Shown piece after piece: positions 25,376-39,460 of a DNA stretch of 64,000 nucleotides. A program made the position numbers and the translations under genes. This stretch comes from Octopus sinensis (taxonomy: Eukaryota): positions 118,234,001 to 118,298,000 of the forward strand of contig NC_043000.1 in the NCBI RefSeq assembly GCF_006345805.1, in the 5' to 3' direction. Below the pieces are notes generated by a model. That model saw only the letters and a list, made by a program, of their open reading frames with translations. It was not told the origin of the DNA and did no database searches. Every line of letters begins with the position of its first letter. Positions within the stretch are counted from its first letter, which is position 1.

Positions 25376-25785
25376 GGATCTTTTCGGTTTGAACGGTAGT
25401 TTTTAACATAATTTCTAGGTAACTAAAAAATTTTAAACTTCGTATACTGGTAGAATGTGTTTATAAAACATCTTTTTCTCTTGGCTTTATTGAAAAAATT
25501 CTATAGTTTGTAAGATATTTGTTGTTTTTTTCTTCAATTTCTGCAATTTCAACCAATCAGTGACGTCTATTGAATTAAAAAGCATTCTGTGCCGTATGAA
25601 TATGTCCCTCGTTTAAGAAACAGATTGGGTTTATTTACGTCTGTGAAGAAAAAAAAGATACCCTTCCCCCACCCCTAACCCTAAAACAGATTGAAATGCA
25701 ATAGATCGATTCTAGGGTCATAATTATGGGTGACAATTTCATATGACACCGCTAGAAAAAACTGCCGTTCAAGCCGAAAAGATCC
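25376..25785. mobile_element. MITE with GG..CC termini and a perfect 8-bp TSD (Merlin-like), family M1
   Basis: TIRs GGATCTTTTCGGTTTGAACGGTAGTTTTT / AAAAACTGCCGTTCAAGCCGAAAAGATCC; TSD GCTAAATG at 25368-25375 and 25786-25793. Confidence 0.8.
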
Positions 25786-26409
25786 GCTAAATGTTCTGCT
25801 CTAAACGACGGTAGATAAATATAAAGACATCCTCACACAAACATGAAACCCATCATGCAATCATATCGTGCATATAGATGCAGGTCTGTAAATGTTTATG
25901 TGTAGAAAGTCAATTCATAAACTAACATATTTTAACTTTTGGAAAAAAAATTCTCCAAATAATATTTAATGAGCATTAAAAACATCTAGTTTTAAGCGAT
26001 AATTTATGAAATTTGTGATAAATATAATTCCTGATCCACAGACAAAACTGCAAATACATATTTAGAATATCATATTCAAATTTAAAATGTGTATTCTGTG
26101 GTGTCTGGGGAGTGTCATTCTCTTTTAGTGCCTTATTATTTAACACACTCAACAACAATTGAAAATGTTGCAAGACGCAACGAAAATTTTAGAAAAACAA
26201 ATGAATAAATGAGTGGGAATTTCACCGGTGAGTGTGTTCAATAACAAAGTATTAAAATATAACGACTCTCCCCAGACACAAAATATACTTCAAAACACGA
26301 ACTCACATAAAGAATTTTGCAAACCAAATCCAAAAACGAAATGAAATTTGTAGTCAACAAAGAAAGAAACTGAAATAATATATATAAATAGACTATAAAT
26401 ATTATATAT

Positions 26410-26443
<34 letters not shown>

Positions 26444-26447
<4 letters not shown>

Positions 26448-26649
26448 TGAAATATATTTGCCACTTAAAAGTGGCTAACTCTTAAGGGTGGATGCTACTG
26501 TAGCTTGTAGCCCCAGGAGGACACTTCCAGCTGGCTATTGACACACTTTCTGTGCCCTATCAGAAAGTGTGTCCTTCTGGGGCTACAAGCTACAGTAGCA
26601 TCCACCCTTAAGGGTTAGCCACATTGAAGTGGCAAATATACTTCACGAT
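26444..26649. repeat. About 205-bp foldback palindrome
   Basis: ATCGTGAAATATATTTGCCACTT..GTGGCTAAC.CTTAAGGGTGGATGCTACTGTAGCTTGTAGCCCCAG mirrored at 26575-26649. Confidence 0.9.
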
Positions 26650-26682
26650 GTCGTGCAGCTACTGTTTATACCCCGCTCAGAG

Positions 26683-26722
<40 letters not shown>

Positions 26723-29700
26723 TTGGACTGCAACCATAGTCCCGACTCATTACATTCTGAGTTCAAATTTCGCAAAGGTCGATAAATTAAGTACCAGTAT
26801 AGCACTGGGGTCGCTGTAACCCACTAGTCCTCTCTCCCAAAATTTCAGAGCTACTTATAATGGTAAATATTTGACGTCAAATAACATAGATAATACGATT
26901 TAAATTTCCACTTATTTTCCGATATCATAAACACCAGAAATATGTATCGATCTTTACTCCTACGTTTCTGATAATTTATAAACTACTTTTGATATTGATG
27001 AACACTTTTACTTCTCTCTCAATGACCTCACTATCTATTTATCGATTATAGCGAGAAGGGAAATTTTAAATAATTGTTTTTCTGTCGTCGAATTCTAAAA
27101 GAATGCTGTAAGGAATTGTCATCATTTGCTCAAGATTACAGACAAATCAATCAAGTGATATTCTATAGTTTAAACTGGGTCATAATCGCAATGTTCTACA
27201 TTAATGCCAGAGGTTGTTTTTCTGTTGTTGTTTTTAAATTTCATTGTTTTTCCTATCAATATGTATTTTATTGTTTTGCACGCATTTAGAAGCATAGCGC
27301 TTGCATCCATTTACTTTTCTTCCAATAATTTATCCAGAGCACATACTCTGTCGAAACTGATGCTGAGACAACCCGAGGCAGCCTAGAAATAATTGATGAG
27401 GACGTCCGATTCCTATCTTTCTAGTCTCGGTTTTACTTACTCGATAAAATCAAAACAAAATATATGACGAAACAAAATTCCTGTAATCGACAGATTTATG
27501 TGACGTTAAAATGGGAAAATTGCAAAGCAATCAATTTTCTTAATTTTTTTTTCTTTCCATTGTATTGTTTGACTCACAAATATAATGATTTTCTTTTTAG
27601 CAATAAATGTTCCCGCGTAAGAAAGTGAATTGTATATTTAAAACTTATGAAATGTCAATCGATGGTATCGCAGGATGGCGTTCCTCTAGCATAGCCCACA
27701 GTCCAATGAGCGACGCCAATTATAAAATAATTAATACTTCTGCCCTACTTTATGAGTTTCAAAAATGTTTGCCTCTCCCTCAACTTCTGTTCAATATTTT
27801 ATTAACTTCTCAGCTGTTCATCGCGCAATCGAACATGTTTATATCTATTATATCTACATGTACTATTTAAAATGTTTTACTACACATCAAAACTTTGTGA
27901 CACTGGCAAGCCCACGCATACACATTCTCACCACAAATTTCGGAAAATATTGTAACTTTTTTAATATTATTCCAAAAGTAATTGAGAGAAAATTGCTATA
28001 GGAAAAAATGAAGCAAGTATATTTATTTTTAATTCAATGGGAGAAAGAAAAACTGCTCCAAATTATGACTATGGTCCCTGATAATATGTAACTGAAAACT
28101 AGAACGAAAACACTAAGCAAAGGTTAAACAATTGTGTTCAGTTTATAAATTTAACTGTAAAAATTCCATTTTGTTAAAATAGAATATTATTGAGACATGA
28201 AGTTTATCGAATAATATAAAGCGAAACTAGAGAAGCCCATGGAAATTCCACAATTATAAATTTCCTTATTTCAATTTTGGTATTCATATCATCGCTCCAT
28301 TATGGTTTAGATTTAGTTAAGATTTTTGAAAGCATAACAAGCACTTCGAAACACTAACGCTGCGACAAGCAAAATAAACTGTAAAAGGATTACCTGGAAT
28401 ATTTATTCAGTGGAGAATAGAAGAATCATAAATGAAAGCCAATAAGATGAATGCGAAGAAAGGATTCAGGTGAGATTTTCTGCTTAATGAATACATATAC
28501 GGTTGGGATTAACACATACCTTATAGCGGGTTGAAAATTTTCACTCAACTGCGATTATCGAAGCAGTTAGTTGATAAAATTTCCTTTTGTGTAAGAATCA
28601 AGTGAGATGATCCCAATAAGCCGATGGAGATTTTTATTTATTTTTTTTTCTACGATACAAACAATGCAGTTTGGAATAAATCTGTAATATGAAATGGTGA
28701 AAATAACGGACAGGTTAGACTCATTTTCTCCTTAGCAGCATTTCTTCAAGCTTCACGGTCTGAATTCAAATGTTACTGAGATCGACTTTGATCCTTTCAG
28801 GGTCCATAAGACGAGTACCAGTCAACTACTGGGCCGATGTAATCGATTTGCCGCCTTCCTCAAAACTTACTGGTCTGGTGTTAAATAGAATACTAAGTTA
28901 CAGTCCATTCGGCGGTTGGGATACTAAATAAGAATCATTCTAAAACAATCTACATATACTTTTCTTAACTTTAATGTTGTCAAACTCTAACAATGACAAT
29001 GGCTGTGTATAAAATGAAATCTTTGTTATGATCAAAATGATCTTACATAGAAAGGGACATTACAAGACAAACAAAAAAATGTAACACGAATTCGTATGAA
29101 TATCGTTTTAAAAATTTACTAAATAATATTTTATACAATGATTAATTTCCTTTAAACTAGAACTTTTTTTAAATAAAAAGAAAACAAAGAAAGAAAACGA
29201 ATAAAAGTTTAAAAGATCGAACCCGGCAGCCTAAAATGCCAGGCTGTATATAAAATCATATATTTTAACTTCTGAGCTTTAAAAAAGGCTACTTTCTACA
29301 ATATGACTGGGCTTATTTGTTACTTCAACTATATATTTTTAACTAGTTCCAAATATCTTACACCTTTTGTTTCAATAACGTTATGAAACAGCTTAAAGCA
29401 GCTTAATTGTATGTAAATTTATGCAAAAATCTACTTATCTTTTCCGTCGAGAACCAAAATTTGCTAAAGTTGATTCTGCTCTAAACTTTTTGATGTTTCT
29501 ATAACGTTACAAATTTTCAACTTTGTTTCACTTTATTTTAATTGCTTACCGTCGTAATCAAAGACAGACAGACACGTACATACATGCATACAAAGATTTT
29601 ATATCGGTAAATATAGATTTAAGATAGATGAATATACACATAATATATAGATAAATAAGTAGAGTTTAATATCGACAAACAGCGTACACAGCATTTTACA

Positions 29701-30289
29701 GCTTATAATACATATGCTTAATTCCTTGAAAAATATCAATCTGTCTTTTAAATATGCTATCGGAGATTCGGTTACTGTATTTTGGAAATTTTGTATCTTG
29801 TAACAAATCTGAATTCTACGTTGCTTTATCCATAAATAATCCTTAATTCTCGACTGATCTGAACTACAATACCCTGTAGTTTGTATAAATGTTACTGTCA
29901 GCAAATTATTTTCTTGGTTCATTTCAATGAGGAATTTAACTTTCAGATATCAAACGTTTTCATCGGCCCTGTAAAATACAGAAGCCCCGCTTTTAATAAT
30001 TCTATAATCAGATTTGTGAGGGAACTACTTTGCCGAATTTATGTTCTAGATATGTAGGTTTTCTTACATGTTCATAGAGATAAAACGACTGGGTAATTGA
30101 ATCATTTCGAAGGTTAAATTACTTGACAAATTCATTCAGCAGATTCCCTAAAAGTTAGCCCTACCTAATTGAAAGAGGGATTAAATGCTGTAGTAATAGA
30201 ATGCGGATTCTTACAATACAATAATCTCTACCATGTAAGCGCAGACATGGCTCTGTAGTTAAGAAGTTCACTTCGCAACCACGTGGTTT

Positions 30290-30690
30290 TGAACTTAGAA
30301 CGTAAAGGCAGACGAAATTCCTATTTCTTTACTACACAGAAGGGACAAACAAGGACAGACAAACGGATTAAGTCGATTATATCGACCCCAGTGCATAACT
30401 GGTACTTATTTAATCGACCCCGAAAGAATGAAAGGCAAAGTCGACATCGGCGTAATTTGAACTTAGAACGTAGCGGCAGACGAAATACTTATTTCTTTAC
30501 TACCCACAAGGGGCTAAACACGGAGGGGACAAACAAGGACAGACAAACAAGGACAGACAAACGGATTAGTCGATTATATCAACCTCAGTGCGTAACTCGG
30601 CGGAATTTGAACTGAGAACGTAGAGGTAGACGAAATACCACTAAGCATTTCGCCCGACGTGCTAACGTTTTCGCCAGCTCACCGCCTTCA
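30290..30690 (-). mobile_element. SINE family A multimer
   Basis: Junction-type sequences at about 30318 and 30489; head at 30640-30690. Confidence 0.8.
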
Positions 30691-30705
30691 AAATATAAAT
30701 GTATT

Positions 30706-31040
30706 GGGATCTTTACCTTTTGACCTACAAATTTTAAAAAATATTTTTTTGTAACTAAACACTTTCAAACTTCGGACACTGTTAGAATGTGTAATATAAA
30801 ACATCTTTTACTCTTGGCATTTTTGAGAAAAACTTATATTTACGAAGTTATTTCACGTTAAAGTTGTCCTATTTCGGTAATTTCAACCAATCAATGACGT
30901 GTATTCAGCTGAATAAGATTACTGCCATTGTTTGTCAACAACAACAGTCGGCAGTGTATATTTCGTTTGTCATTTATTACAACCCTAACCCTAAAACCCT
31001 GACATCTTAACCCTAACCCTAAAACCTTAAAGCTAAAACC
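30706..31040. mobile_element. Truncated M1-related MITE with CCCTAA repeats
   Basis: Starts GGGATCTTTACC; interior resembles 25376-25785; ACCCTAACCCTAA at about 30983-31022. Confidence 0.55.
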
Positions 31041-31909
31041 AGTATAAACGCACGAGCGATGTCATAAATAACAGTAGATAGATAATTCGGAGTAGCCGAT
31101 GTCTATTCCTTGACTTAGCACAAATGCTTTTGGCCATTCATTACACTTTTTATCAGTTGCAATAGCAACCAATTCACATGTTAGATATTTAAACGGCTGC
31201 ACGTATATAGGCTTGTATTTCTCACCAATAGCAGTGTCTAAAACTTATTTGCTTTATTCGAGTCAGGCCATGATGACATTCAAAAGTTGAGTCAAAATTT
31301 TTGTTGGTAATACTTTAGGAATATTACACCCGTAAAATTTGACAGCAAAATTAATAATTACCAACTCGTTTGAACTCGTTAAAGTTTTATTGGCAGTCAT
31401 TTAATTTTTTTTGTCAGTTTTTTTAAAGGTGCTTTAAGATTTGTCATGATTAACGAATAATCTGAAAATAATATTAATGATGCGTTTACATTTTTTTGGA
31501 ATTGGTAATTTTTAGGAGCATCAGAATTCTTGAATCTTTTCCCAGGTGCACTAATAACAATCAACTTCAGTATGCTTATAGTGGCTTTTATATTGCTTCA
31601 GTTTCAAACTTTGTCATCCAGTTTCTGATGGTTGATACAGTTTCGTCGCTGTTATCAGTTGGTTATAATGCATTGCTTCAGATTTCAGTTTCTAATCCTT
31701 CGCTTGCCAATTTGCTTTTTTTTTTTTTTTGTAAATGTCAGTCGTTCTAGTCTTCCATTTATTCGGTTTCGTACATGGACGGAGTCGAATTGTGGCTTGC
31801 ATTTTTGTGAAAGTGAAAATTCCGAATATTTAACACGTGCGATCAATTCATTTTCAATATTCAAATCAATTACATTATCAACAATAGTAATAATATTGGT
31901 TTCAAGCTT

Positions 31910-32292
31910 TGGCACAAGACCAGCAAGTTTGAGGCAAGGGGTTAAATCAATTATATCGACCCCAGTGCATAACTGGTACTTATTTCATTGACCCCCAAAA
32001 GGATGGAAGGTAAAGTCGACCTCGGTGGAATTTGAACTCAGAACGTAAAGACAGACGAAATACCTATTTCTTTACAACCCACAAGGGGCTAAACACAGAA
32101 GGGACAAACAAGGACGAACGGATTAGTCGATTATATCGACCCCAGTGCATAACTGGTACTTATTTAATCGACCCCGAAAGGATGAAAGGCAAAGTCGACC
32201 TCGGCGGAATTTGAACTCAGAACGTAGCGACGGGCGAAATACCGCTAAACATTTCGTCCGGCGTGCTAACGATTCTGCCAGCTCGCCGCCTA
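31910..32292 (-). mobile_element. SINE family A-type dimer
   Basis: Junction GACGAAATAC|CTATTTCTTT at about 32063. Confidence 0.8.
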
Positions 32293-32741
32293 AACAATAG
32301 TAATAATATTCTAATTTTGACACAGAGCCAGCAATTTTAAGGGACGGAGCAAGTCAATTACATCGACTACCAGTGCTCAACTAGTATTTCGTTTTCAACC
32401 CTGAAAAGATGAGAGGTAAAGTCGACCTCGACAGCATATGCACACCGAGCGTAAAGCTGGAAGAAACGCCATTACATATTTTGTCTTGTGTGCTAACGTT
32501 TCTGCCAGCTCGCAGCCTAAGCGAGTTTAGCCAATATTCAACTTGCCATATTAAATGCAAACCCATTTTAGAATCGGCTTCAATAAATACTAAGTTTTGC
32601 GGTTCTTTATTTCTAATTCCAGTCTTTAATGGATATTTATTTTTTTACTGTAATATTTGTATTACATAAGCATTTAATTTTATCGACGCGAGGTTTGATA
32701 AAATTGAATGCTTATTTATATTCAAATTCTAATGGCACCAT

Positions 32742-33205
32742 GGCAAGACTTCGCTCCCCCGCCAATCACCCTTAAAAAAATTTTTTTTCGACACCAACCC
32801 CCGCTTTTCGAATATGCAAAAAATTGGCAAAAATCGACATTTCTAAATTGCCCCCACCCCACCCCACTAACTTTTTACACAATTTTTTTTTTCAAAATAT
32901 GCGGAAAAATACGGAGATTATGATTCTGAAAAAAATTTCAAAAAAATTTTACAAATTTTTTTTTTAAAAATACGGAAAAATGCGGACATTTCAAAACAGT
33001 TCTGTACTTACAGTTACGGTTTTAGGATTAGTGTTGGAAAAAAAGTTAAAATTGAAGAAGTTGGGGGGAAAAAATTCACAATGCCAATTTTTGGCAATTT
33101 TCCGGAACCTCCGTATCCAAAAACGGCGATTTTTGACAAAAAAATTAATTACAAAACTAAACAAATTTGGGAGAAAATGGAGGGAGGGGGGACAGAAGTC
33201 TTTCC
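32742..33205. mobile_element. MITE family M2 (Merlin-like)
   Basis: Ends GGCAAGACTTCG / GAAGTCTTTCC; 8-bp TSD GGCACCAT/GGTACCAT at 32734-32741 and 33206-33213. Confidence 0.75.
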
Positions 33206-33394
33206 GGTACCATTTTCTAATTGAAGTTTAATCAATTGATTCATCTTGCAATATTTTAATAATTTTTATCTCAAACAACGTTTGATGTTACTATAGCATA
33301 AGGAACATCAATGAAGGGCCTTACAAATTTAAAAGACGTTAATTGACAGAAATCTTAAAGGACTGAATATCATGAAGCAAAAGAAAAGAGTATT

Positions 33395-33786
33395 TATTTC
33401 TTTATTCACCATACGGTTTTATATAGATAGGACATTACAACACACTGGAGACACAAAACATTAAAAAAAAAATAGTCGAATGATAGGATGGAAAAAAGGG
33501 TGATAGATGAGAGGTGAAAGTCATTGTTAACTGTCCCATCAGTCAACATCACTTACTTGTCCTTTTTACTGCAAAATCTACGAAATCCCCAAATTTTAAC
33601 TCGTATATTTTCCAGAGTTTATTTCTCTTTTTCTGTACCATTCCCCTAAGCAACACGTATACATCACCAAGTTTATTTTCAAGTTCTTTCACTTGCTCCT
33701 CCAACAACACCACTTCCATTTCTTCATCCCATCTATCTGACATTTCTGCCTTTCCCCAGTCCTTTAACTTTTCATGAATGAACCAG
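33395..33786 (-). mobile_element. 5'-truncated L1/Tx1-like LINE, second family
   Basis: 14-bp TSD AAGAAAAGAGTATT at 33381-33394 and 33787-33800; ORF 33549-33743 (..GMVQKKRNKLWKIYELKFGDFVDF..) and a tail ending GAATAAAGAAATA like the 44706 LINE. Confidence 0.6.
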
Positions 33787-33881
33787 AAGAAAAGAGTATT
33801 GTAGTGTGCTCCAGAGAGCAGCAGTTCAAGGAAAGAAGCTATTAGAATAAAATGACATTTGACTAACAGGAAGCATCGAAG

Positions 33882-34093
33882 AGATATTTCTTTATTTACC
33901 TATAAAAAGGTTTACATAGAGGGGACATTACAAGGATAAACAAGGGACATTTAGGGTACAAACACGCTTCTTATATATGAAAAACGGATAGATTTACATA
34001 TATTTTGCGGATGGGAGTTAAAAATATAAATGATGGTTGGATGAAATTTGGGTCCGGGTTAGTGAATTAACCCGCCGGTTGGTTACCCCTTTT
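33882..34093 (-). mobile_element. 3' UTR-only copy of the Tx1/L1-like LINE
   Basis: 13-bp TSD GGAAGCATCGAAG at 33869-33881 and 34094-34106; matches 44706-44930. Confidence 0.8.
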
Positions 34094-36209
34094 GGAAGCA
34101 TCGAAGTGAACGATGCTCCTGAGAAGAGAAGCGGGTGACACGTTTAAAGATCTTGGCAAAGTGTACTAAACTAGAAAGTTAATCAGAGCAATGACTATGG
34201 AAATGCTTATAGAAAAGACACAATGAAGATATATTTCAACGTTCAGTCAAGTTTCCAACTTAATAGAAAGAAAAGGATTCACCATGTTAACAACTTTATT
34301 TTCAGTTCGATGAATTAAGCTCCATCGCTATTATCCGGGGCAACGCCTTTTCCATTTTGCCTGCTAGTGTCATGAAAACGGTTTCGATATCGTCTTGAAT
34401 ACAAAATATTTTAGAAGCGTCTCAACAAGCCAAAGCTGAGTACTGGACTAATCGTACCAATAATGTAGAGAGATAAGCTAGTAGTTTAGAACTTCAGTGT
34501 GTTTGGTGAAATCCGGAGGTGTTCCAGTATGTTCAGCTTTCAAGTGGATGTTAATTTTATGAAATAAGCAGTTACCTTAAGCATGGCTATCTCTACGCGG
34601 GACGTTAGAAGAATGGGAAATAAAAGATTATAACAGTTCAGATCACCGGTAAAGAGAACAGAGTTGTTGGTTTATGTAGGATAAAACTTAAAGGGTAGTA
34701 TAGATAGTGATTAAAGGTAAAACATGTCACATTCTAAATCTTTTATATGAATTTTTTAATAGATCCAAAATAAATTTCAGTTGAATCATCGACACTACTG
34801 AAAGGGTAATCACGGCGATTGAAATTTTATAATTCGTTCTTCGTATTTTTAAGACATTGGGTGTTGTTATTACAGTTTCGACTAGTTGCCAAGCGTAGAT
34901 TTGCTTAATGGTCAATTTTTCCACATAATTTATATTGCTTGTCCTAATGCAAACAAGTTTTCTTTCCGTGATGAATGTAACATTCGAAGCAACATTTTTG
35001 ATTTTGTTTCAGTTATTACATAATTTTTATTTGAATTAAGACCACAAATAGCTTTAAATTTATGTGTATATATATATATATATATATATACATACGAGGG
35101 GTATATGAAAAGTCTTAAGCCTCAAAATAGCAAAACATAGTACAAGACTTCAGATAAAGGTTCAAGGCTCAAAATTTTTCCTTACACCTCTCGTGTGTAA
35201 GTATATTTTTTAGGTCACTTTAAATAAAACCCTTGATTCAATAACACTGTATAAACTCTATACTTGAAAATGACAAATTTTAAATACTATTGGATTTTAC
35301 TCATAAGGTATTGGAATCTTACATGTATACCATTGTGCCTTAAAAATCTATCTACAAATGCAATGTCTTTACATATCTCACATCTATTTTCTTTTATTTC
35401 CTCCACCTCACTCTCTATTTTATATCTTATCTAAATTAACTATTTCTTAACCATCTTCTCACACCGTCTCCGATGAAGGGATATAATAAATATCCTGGAA
35501 ACAGCTGCTCTAAAATCTACACAGCATTGGGTTCCTTTTTTTATCTCATTACGAAAAAAATTATATATATATATATGGATGAAATAGTATAAATATGGTT
35601 AATGTCGTTTATCGTTGATACAGTTCCGCTGAGTAATTGTAGTTTGTTTAGCACAAACAGATAAATTTGTCGACTTAATACGCAATGGATTTTCGTCATG
35701 GAGACAAGCACTGCGATTTTCTTTATGCGGCATAAACGTAACACTTTGGTCATAGATCAGAAGTTCGACATTGTTCGAAGTCCCGTGCCAACGATCTCAT
35801 TAGTAAATATTGATTTTCAAATTTTGTCGCAACGTCAGCAAGTTCGGGAGAGGGAGCAAGTCGATTGCAGCGACCTCAGTGCTCAGCATCTTTTATCTAC
35901 CCAGATAGGACGAAAGGGAAAGTTGATTGTGGGGGTAATTTGAACTCAAAACGTTGAGACGGACGAAATACTGTTAATCATTTTGCCATGTGTACTAAAG
36001 ATTCTGGTAACTCGCTGCCTTATATTAGCGAAATATTAGAAGCGGCCTGAACGTGGCATTTTTTATTTTTTTTATTTAGAAGTTGGTCAATTTTTCTTAA
36101 ATATTCTTTATACAAAACCGTCTTGTTCGTTCGAACTGAAAAAGATGTTCGTTTTCTGACCAATTCACGATCGCAAATACAACTTTTGTTTATCGTCGAT
36201 TACGAGGTT

Positions 36210-36662
36210 GGAAAGTCTTCCGCCGTCCACCTCATTTTCTCCCAATTTTTTTTTTATTTTTGTAATGTTTTTGCCAAAAATCCCCGTTTTCGGATACGGA
36301 GGTTCCGGAAAGTTGCCAAAAATCGGCATTGTGAAATTTTTTCCCCCTTTCCATCCAACTTCTTCAATTTTGACTTTTTTCCCCAACACTAACCCTAAAA
36401 CCCTAACCGTAAGTATAGAAATGTTTTGAAATTTTTGTCCGAATCATGATGTCCGTATTTTCCGCAGATTTTGAAAAAAAAATTGTGAAAAAAGTTTAAA
36501 ATGAAGGAAATGGGTGTGGGGCCGTAGTAATTTAAAAATGTCGATTTTTGCCAATGTTTTTGCAGATTCGTATTCCCCGTAGCCGAAAAGGAGAGTTCGT
36601 GTCGAAAAATAATTTTTTAAAGGGTATTTTTTGGGTGGGTGGGTGGGGGCGAAAGTCTTACC
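36210..36662. mobile_element. MITE family M2, inverted relative to the 32742 copy; partial third copy at about 43140-43350
   Basis: Ends GGAAAGTCTTCC / GCGAAAGTCTTACC; perfect 8-bp TSD ACGAGGTT at 36202-36209 and 36663-36670. Confidence 0.8.
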
Positions 36663-37453
36663 ACGAGGTTATATGCTTTGAAGTGCACATTGCTATTCAA
36701 GATAAATTTCACTGTCATCAGGATTATATGTTTTCTCTTTTTCTTGTTTCGATTACCAGACTGCAGTCATTCTGGGACACCGCCTTGGACAATTTTTAGT
36801 TGAACAAATAGACGACAGGACGTTTTTTTAAAGACGTAAACACGCCAACACTGGTTGTCAGGTGGTGGTAGGGACACACATATAGACGATGGAATTCTTT
36901 CAGTTTCCGTCTATCAAACCCACTTACAAAGTTTTGGTCGGCCTGAGGCTATAGTAGAAGACCTATACCCAAGGTGCCATGCAGTGAGACTGAACCTAGA
37001 ATTATGTGGTTGGGAAGCAGGCTCCTTATCGCGCCTAGTTAAATTACTGAAAATCTATTATTGGTAGATATATTTGATTTCGACTGAAGGCCAACAGTAG
37101 CTTTTTCAAATATAAAGCAATTTCCCACTCTTTGTCGTTGTTTTTGCATGTATTCTATTAAATTGTGAATTTGTTGTTCTTCCAGTTGGTTGAATCTTAA
37201 TATTTCTTCTTTTGTCATTTCAATGAAACTGGACTAATCTACGTTTTGCATAAATTTTCGTAATGCTATTGTTTGAATATTTGACGAATTAATTTGTGAG
37301 GATGGCATGAGAAAAAGCCAAGAGAAAAGCAAGACAAAAAAATAATGACCTGTTGTTCTTTTAGACGGTACCTTCTTACAGGTCTCTGAAAAAGTAGATA
37401 GGACTCCACCGCACACACATATATCTATATATAGAGAGAGAGAGGAGAGAGAT

Positions 37454-37889
37454 ATTTCTTTATTAAAAGGTTTTCATAGAGGGGACATTACAAGGACAGA
37501 CAAGGGACATTTGAGGTACAAACTCGCTTCTTATATACAGTGTGAAAAACCGGATAGGTTTACATATATTGTGAATGAGGGTTAAAATTATAAATGTAAA
37601 TGATGATCGGATGAGTTTTGGGTCCGGGTCAGTGAGTTAACCCGCCGGTTGGTTATCCCCTTTTGAGAATCTTTTTCCTTCCTTTTATGCTCCGACCGAC
37701 CGTGCAAGCCCAGCCTCGTGCATTCTCGTCTTTCTTACCGCTGTCGTCCATCTTTTTCCAAACGCTCTTTGCGGCAGGCTCCTCCTCTGCAGACGGATCT
37801 TGCTGGACAGATAGGCAGCGAAGTAATTCACCAGCCCACGTCCGCAGATGAATTGACCTGTCGCAATCCCTTTTGCTCGCGTCTTCCAC
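37454..37889 (-). mobile_element. 5'-truncated Tx1/L1-like LINE (C-terminus plus 3' UTR)
   Basis: WKTRAKGIATGQFICGRGLVNYFAAYLSSKIRLQRRSLPQRAFGKRW, nearly identical to ORF 44946-45446; inserted in a GA-rich tract. Confidence 0.85.
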
Positions 37890-39052
37890 GAGGGGAGAGA
37901 GATAAGCAAACAGGAATATATGTACAGGTATGGTGATGCCAGCAGGAAAAAATAGAACTTAAAATCTATTTTTATTAATATTCAACAAAAGCAAAGAATG
38001 ACGTAACGTCCGTAACTTTTGTGATAAGTGCTAATGCACGAAACTCTCGGACCTAGAGTCACTTTGTTGCTTCTGCCTAATATCTATGTATGTATATATA
38101 ATATTAATTTCGCTTTAGCAAAGCATTAGGTATCGTTTTTCTAAGTAAATGCACGCGTTATACACACAGAAATAATTTCAAACTTCACCCCCGAAGTAAA
38201 AAAAACAAACTGTAAAGCTTTCATACTATATGGATCTAATAACGATTTGATAGATGCGGTGTTTTCATGGGATGAGATAAAGGAAGTAGGAACTATTGGG
38301 TACAATAATATCAGGGAGTGGCACAGGTGTGTGTTCCCAACAAAGGAACAAGAGGAGATAATATATACGTCTGAAAACGGTTACATTTTGAGTTAGATTA
38401 TGACTGGGATTTGCTACCAAATTACACGACATATGACAGTCTATTGGAAGAAACTGGTTTTGATATGCTAGAGGGATCAGGTTTTAAAAGGTAGAAAATG
38501 GGGCTGCTCGTAAGTGGGGCGAGTGGTTCCACTTCCATTTTTCATTGTCATTTATATTATCATACTTTAATTTCTTTTTTTTTATTGTTATAAGTCCCCA
38601 CATGTCTTGTATTGTCCCGTCTGTGTGCGCCCCTTGTGGGCAATAAAGAAACAGACACACACACGTGTGACAAGTTGCACGTAAAATAAATACTAGAAAT
38701 GAGAGAGAAATAGGACAAAATTTTGAAGTACAGCCCCAACAGGTTAATTAAAAGAATGTTATTGGAAAAATCGTGTTGGATTTTACTATGTACGGACATA
38801 TCAAGTTCGTTAACCACTGCAAACGTAATTAGGACGTCTTTCACATTCAGATTTGCCTTTCGTTTTAAATCATTTAAATGAAATGAATTCATGCATTTGT
38901 TTATATTAGAATGTTTACATCTTTTTATTATTATTATTTTTACCTTTTACTTGTTTCAGTCATTGGACAGCGGGTAATCGGCTTGAGATTATTTGTCGTA
39001 GAAATTCACCCTAGTATTTCCCCCTTCCTTTTTACGTCTGCTATTCATTCCA

Positions 39053-39460
39053 TCGTGGAGGCGCGTGGCTTAGTGGTTAGGGTGTCAGCACCATGATCGT
39101 AAGATAATGGTTTCGATTCCTGGACCGGCGACGCGTTGTGTTCTTGAGCAAAACACTTCATTTCACGTTGCTCCAATCCACTCAGCTGGCAAAAATGAGT
39201 AACGCTGCGATGGACTGGCGTTCCGTCCAGCTGGGGAACACATACGCCATAGAAACCGGGCCCATTAACCTGGCTAGGCTTTAAAAGGGCCCATTTATTA
39301 TTTTTTTTATCTACTTTATACCTGAAATATATATTGTTCAGAGCTAGATTGTAGTTTTGTTGGATGAGGATGGACTGGCGTCCCGTTCAGCTGGGGATAC
39401 GCCATTGAAACCGGGCCTGTGAGCCGGTTACGCATTAAAAGGGCGCATTTATTTTTATTA
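39053..39460 (+). mobile_element. Chimeric family D SINE insertion: SINE, then foreign flank, then a second SINE tail
   Basis: 11-bp TSD TATTCATTCCA at 39042-39052 and 39461-39471 brackets all three parts. Confidence 0.75.

Noticed and set aside
30983-31022. Telomere or chromosome-fusion site from CCCTAA repeats
   Set aside because: Only a few units, and always inside MITE copies.
29600-35000. Scattered hAT-like peptide hints (VAIATD near 31170, SDGA near 34325, LKDRL near 29750, all minus strand)
   Set aside because: Too short and stop-riddled to call without a profile search.
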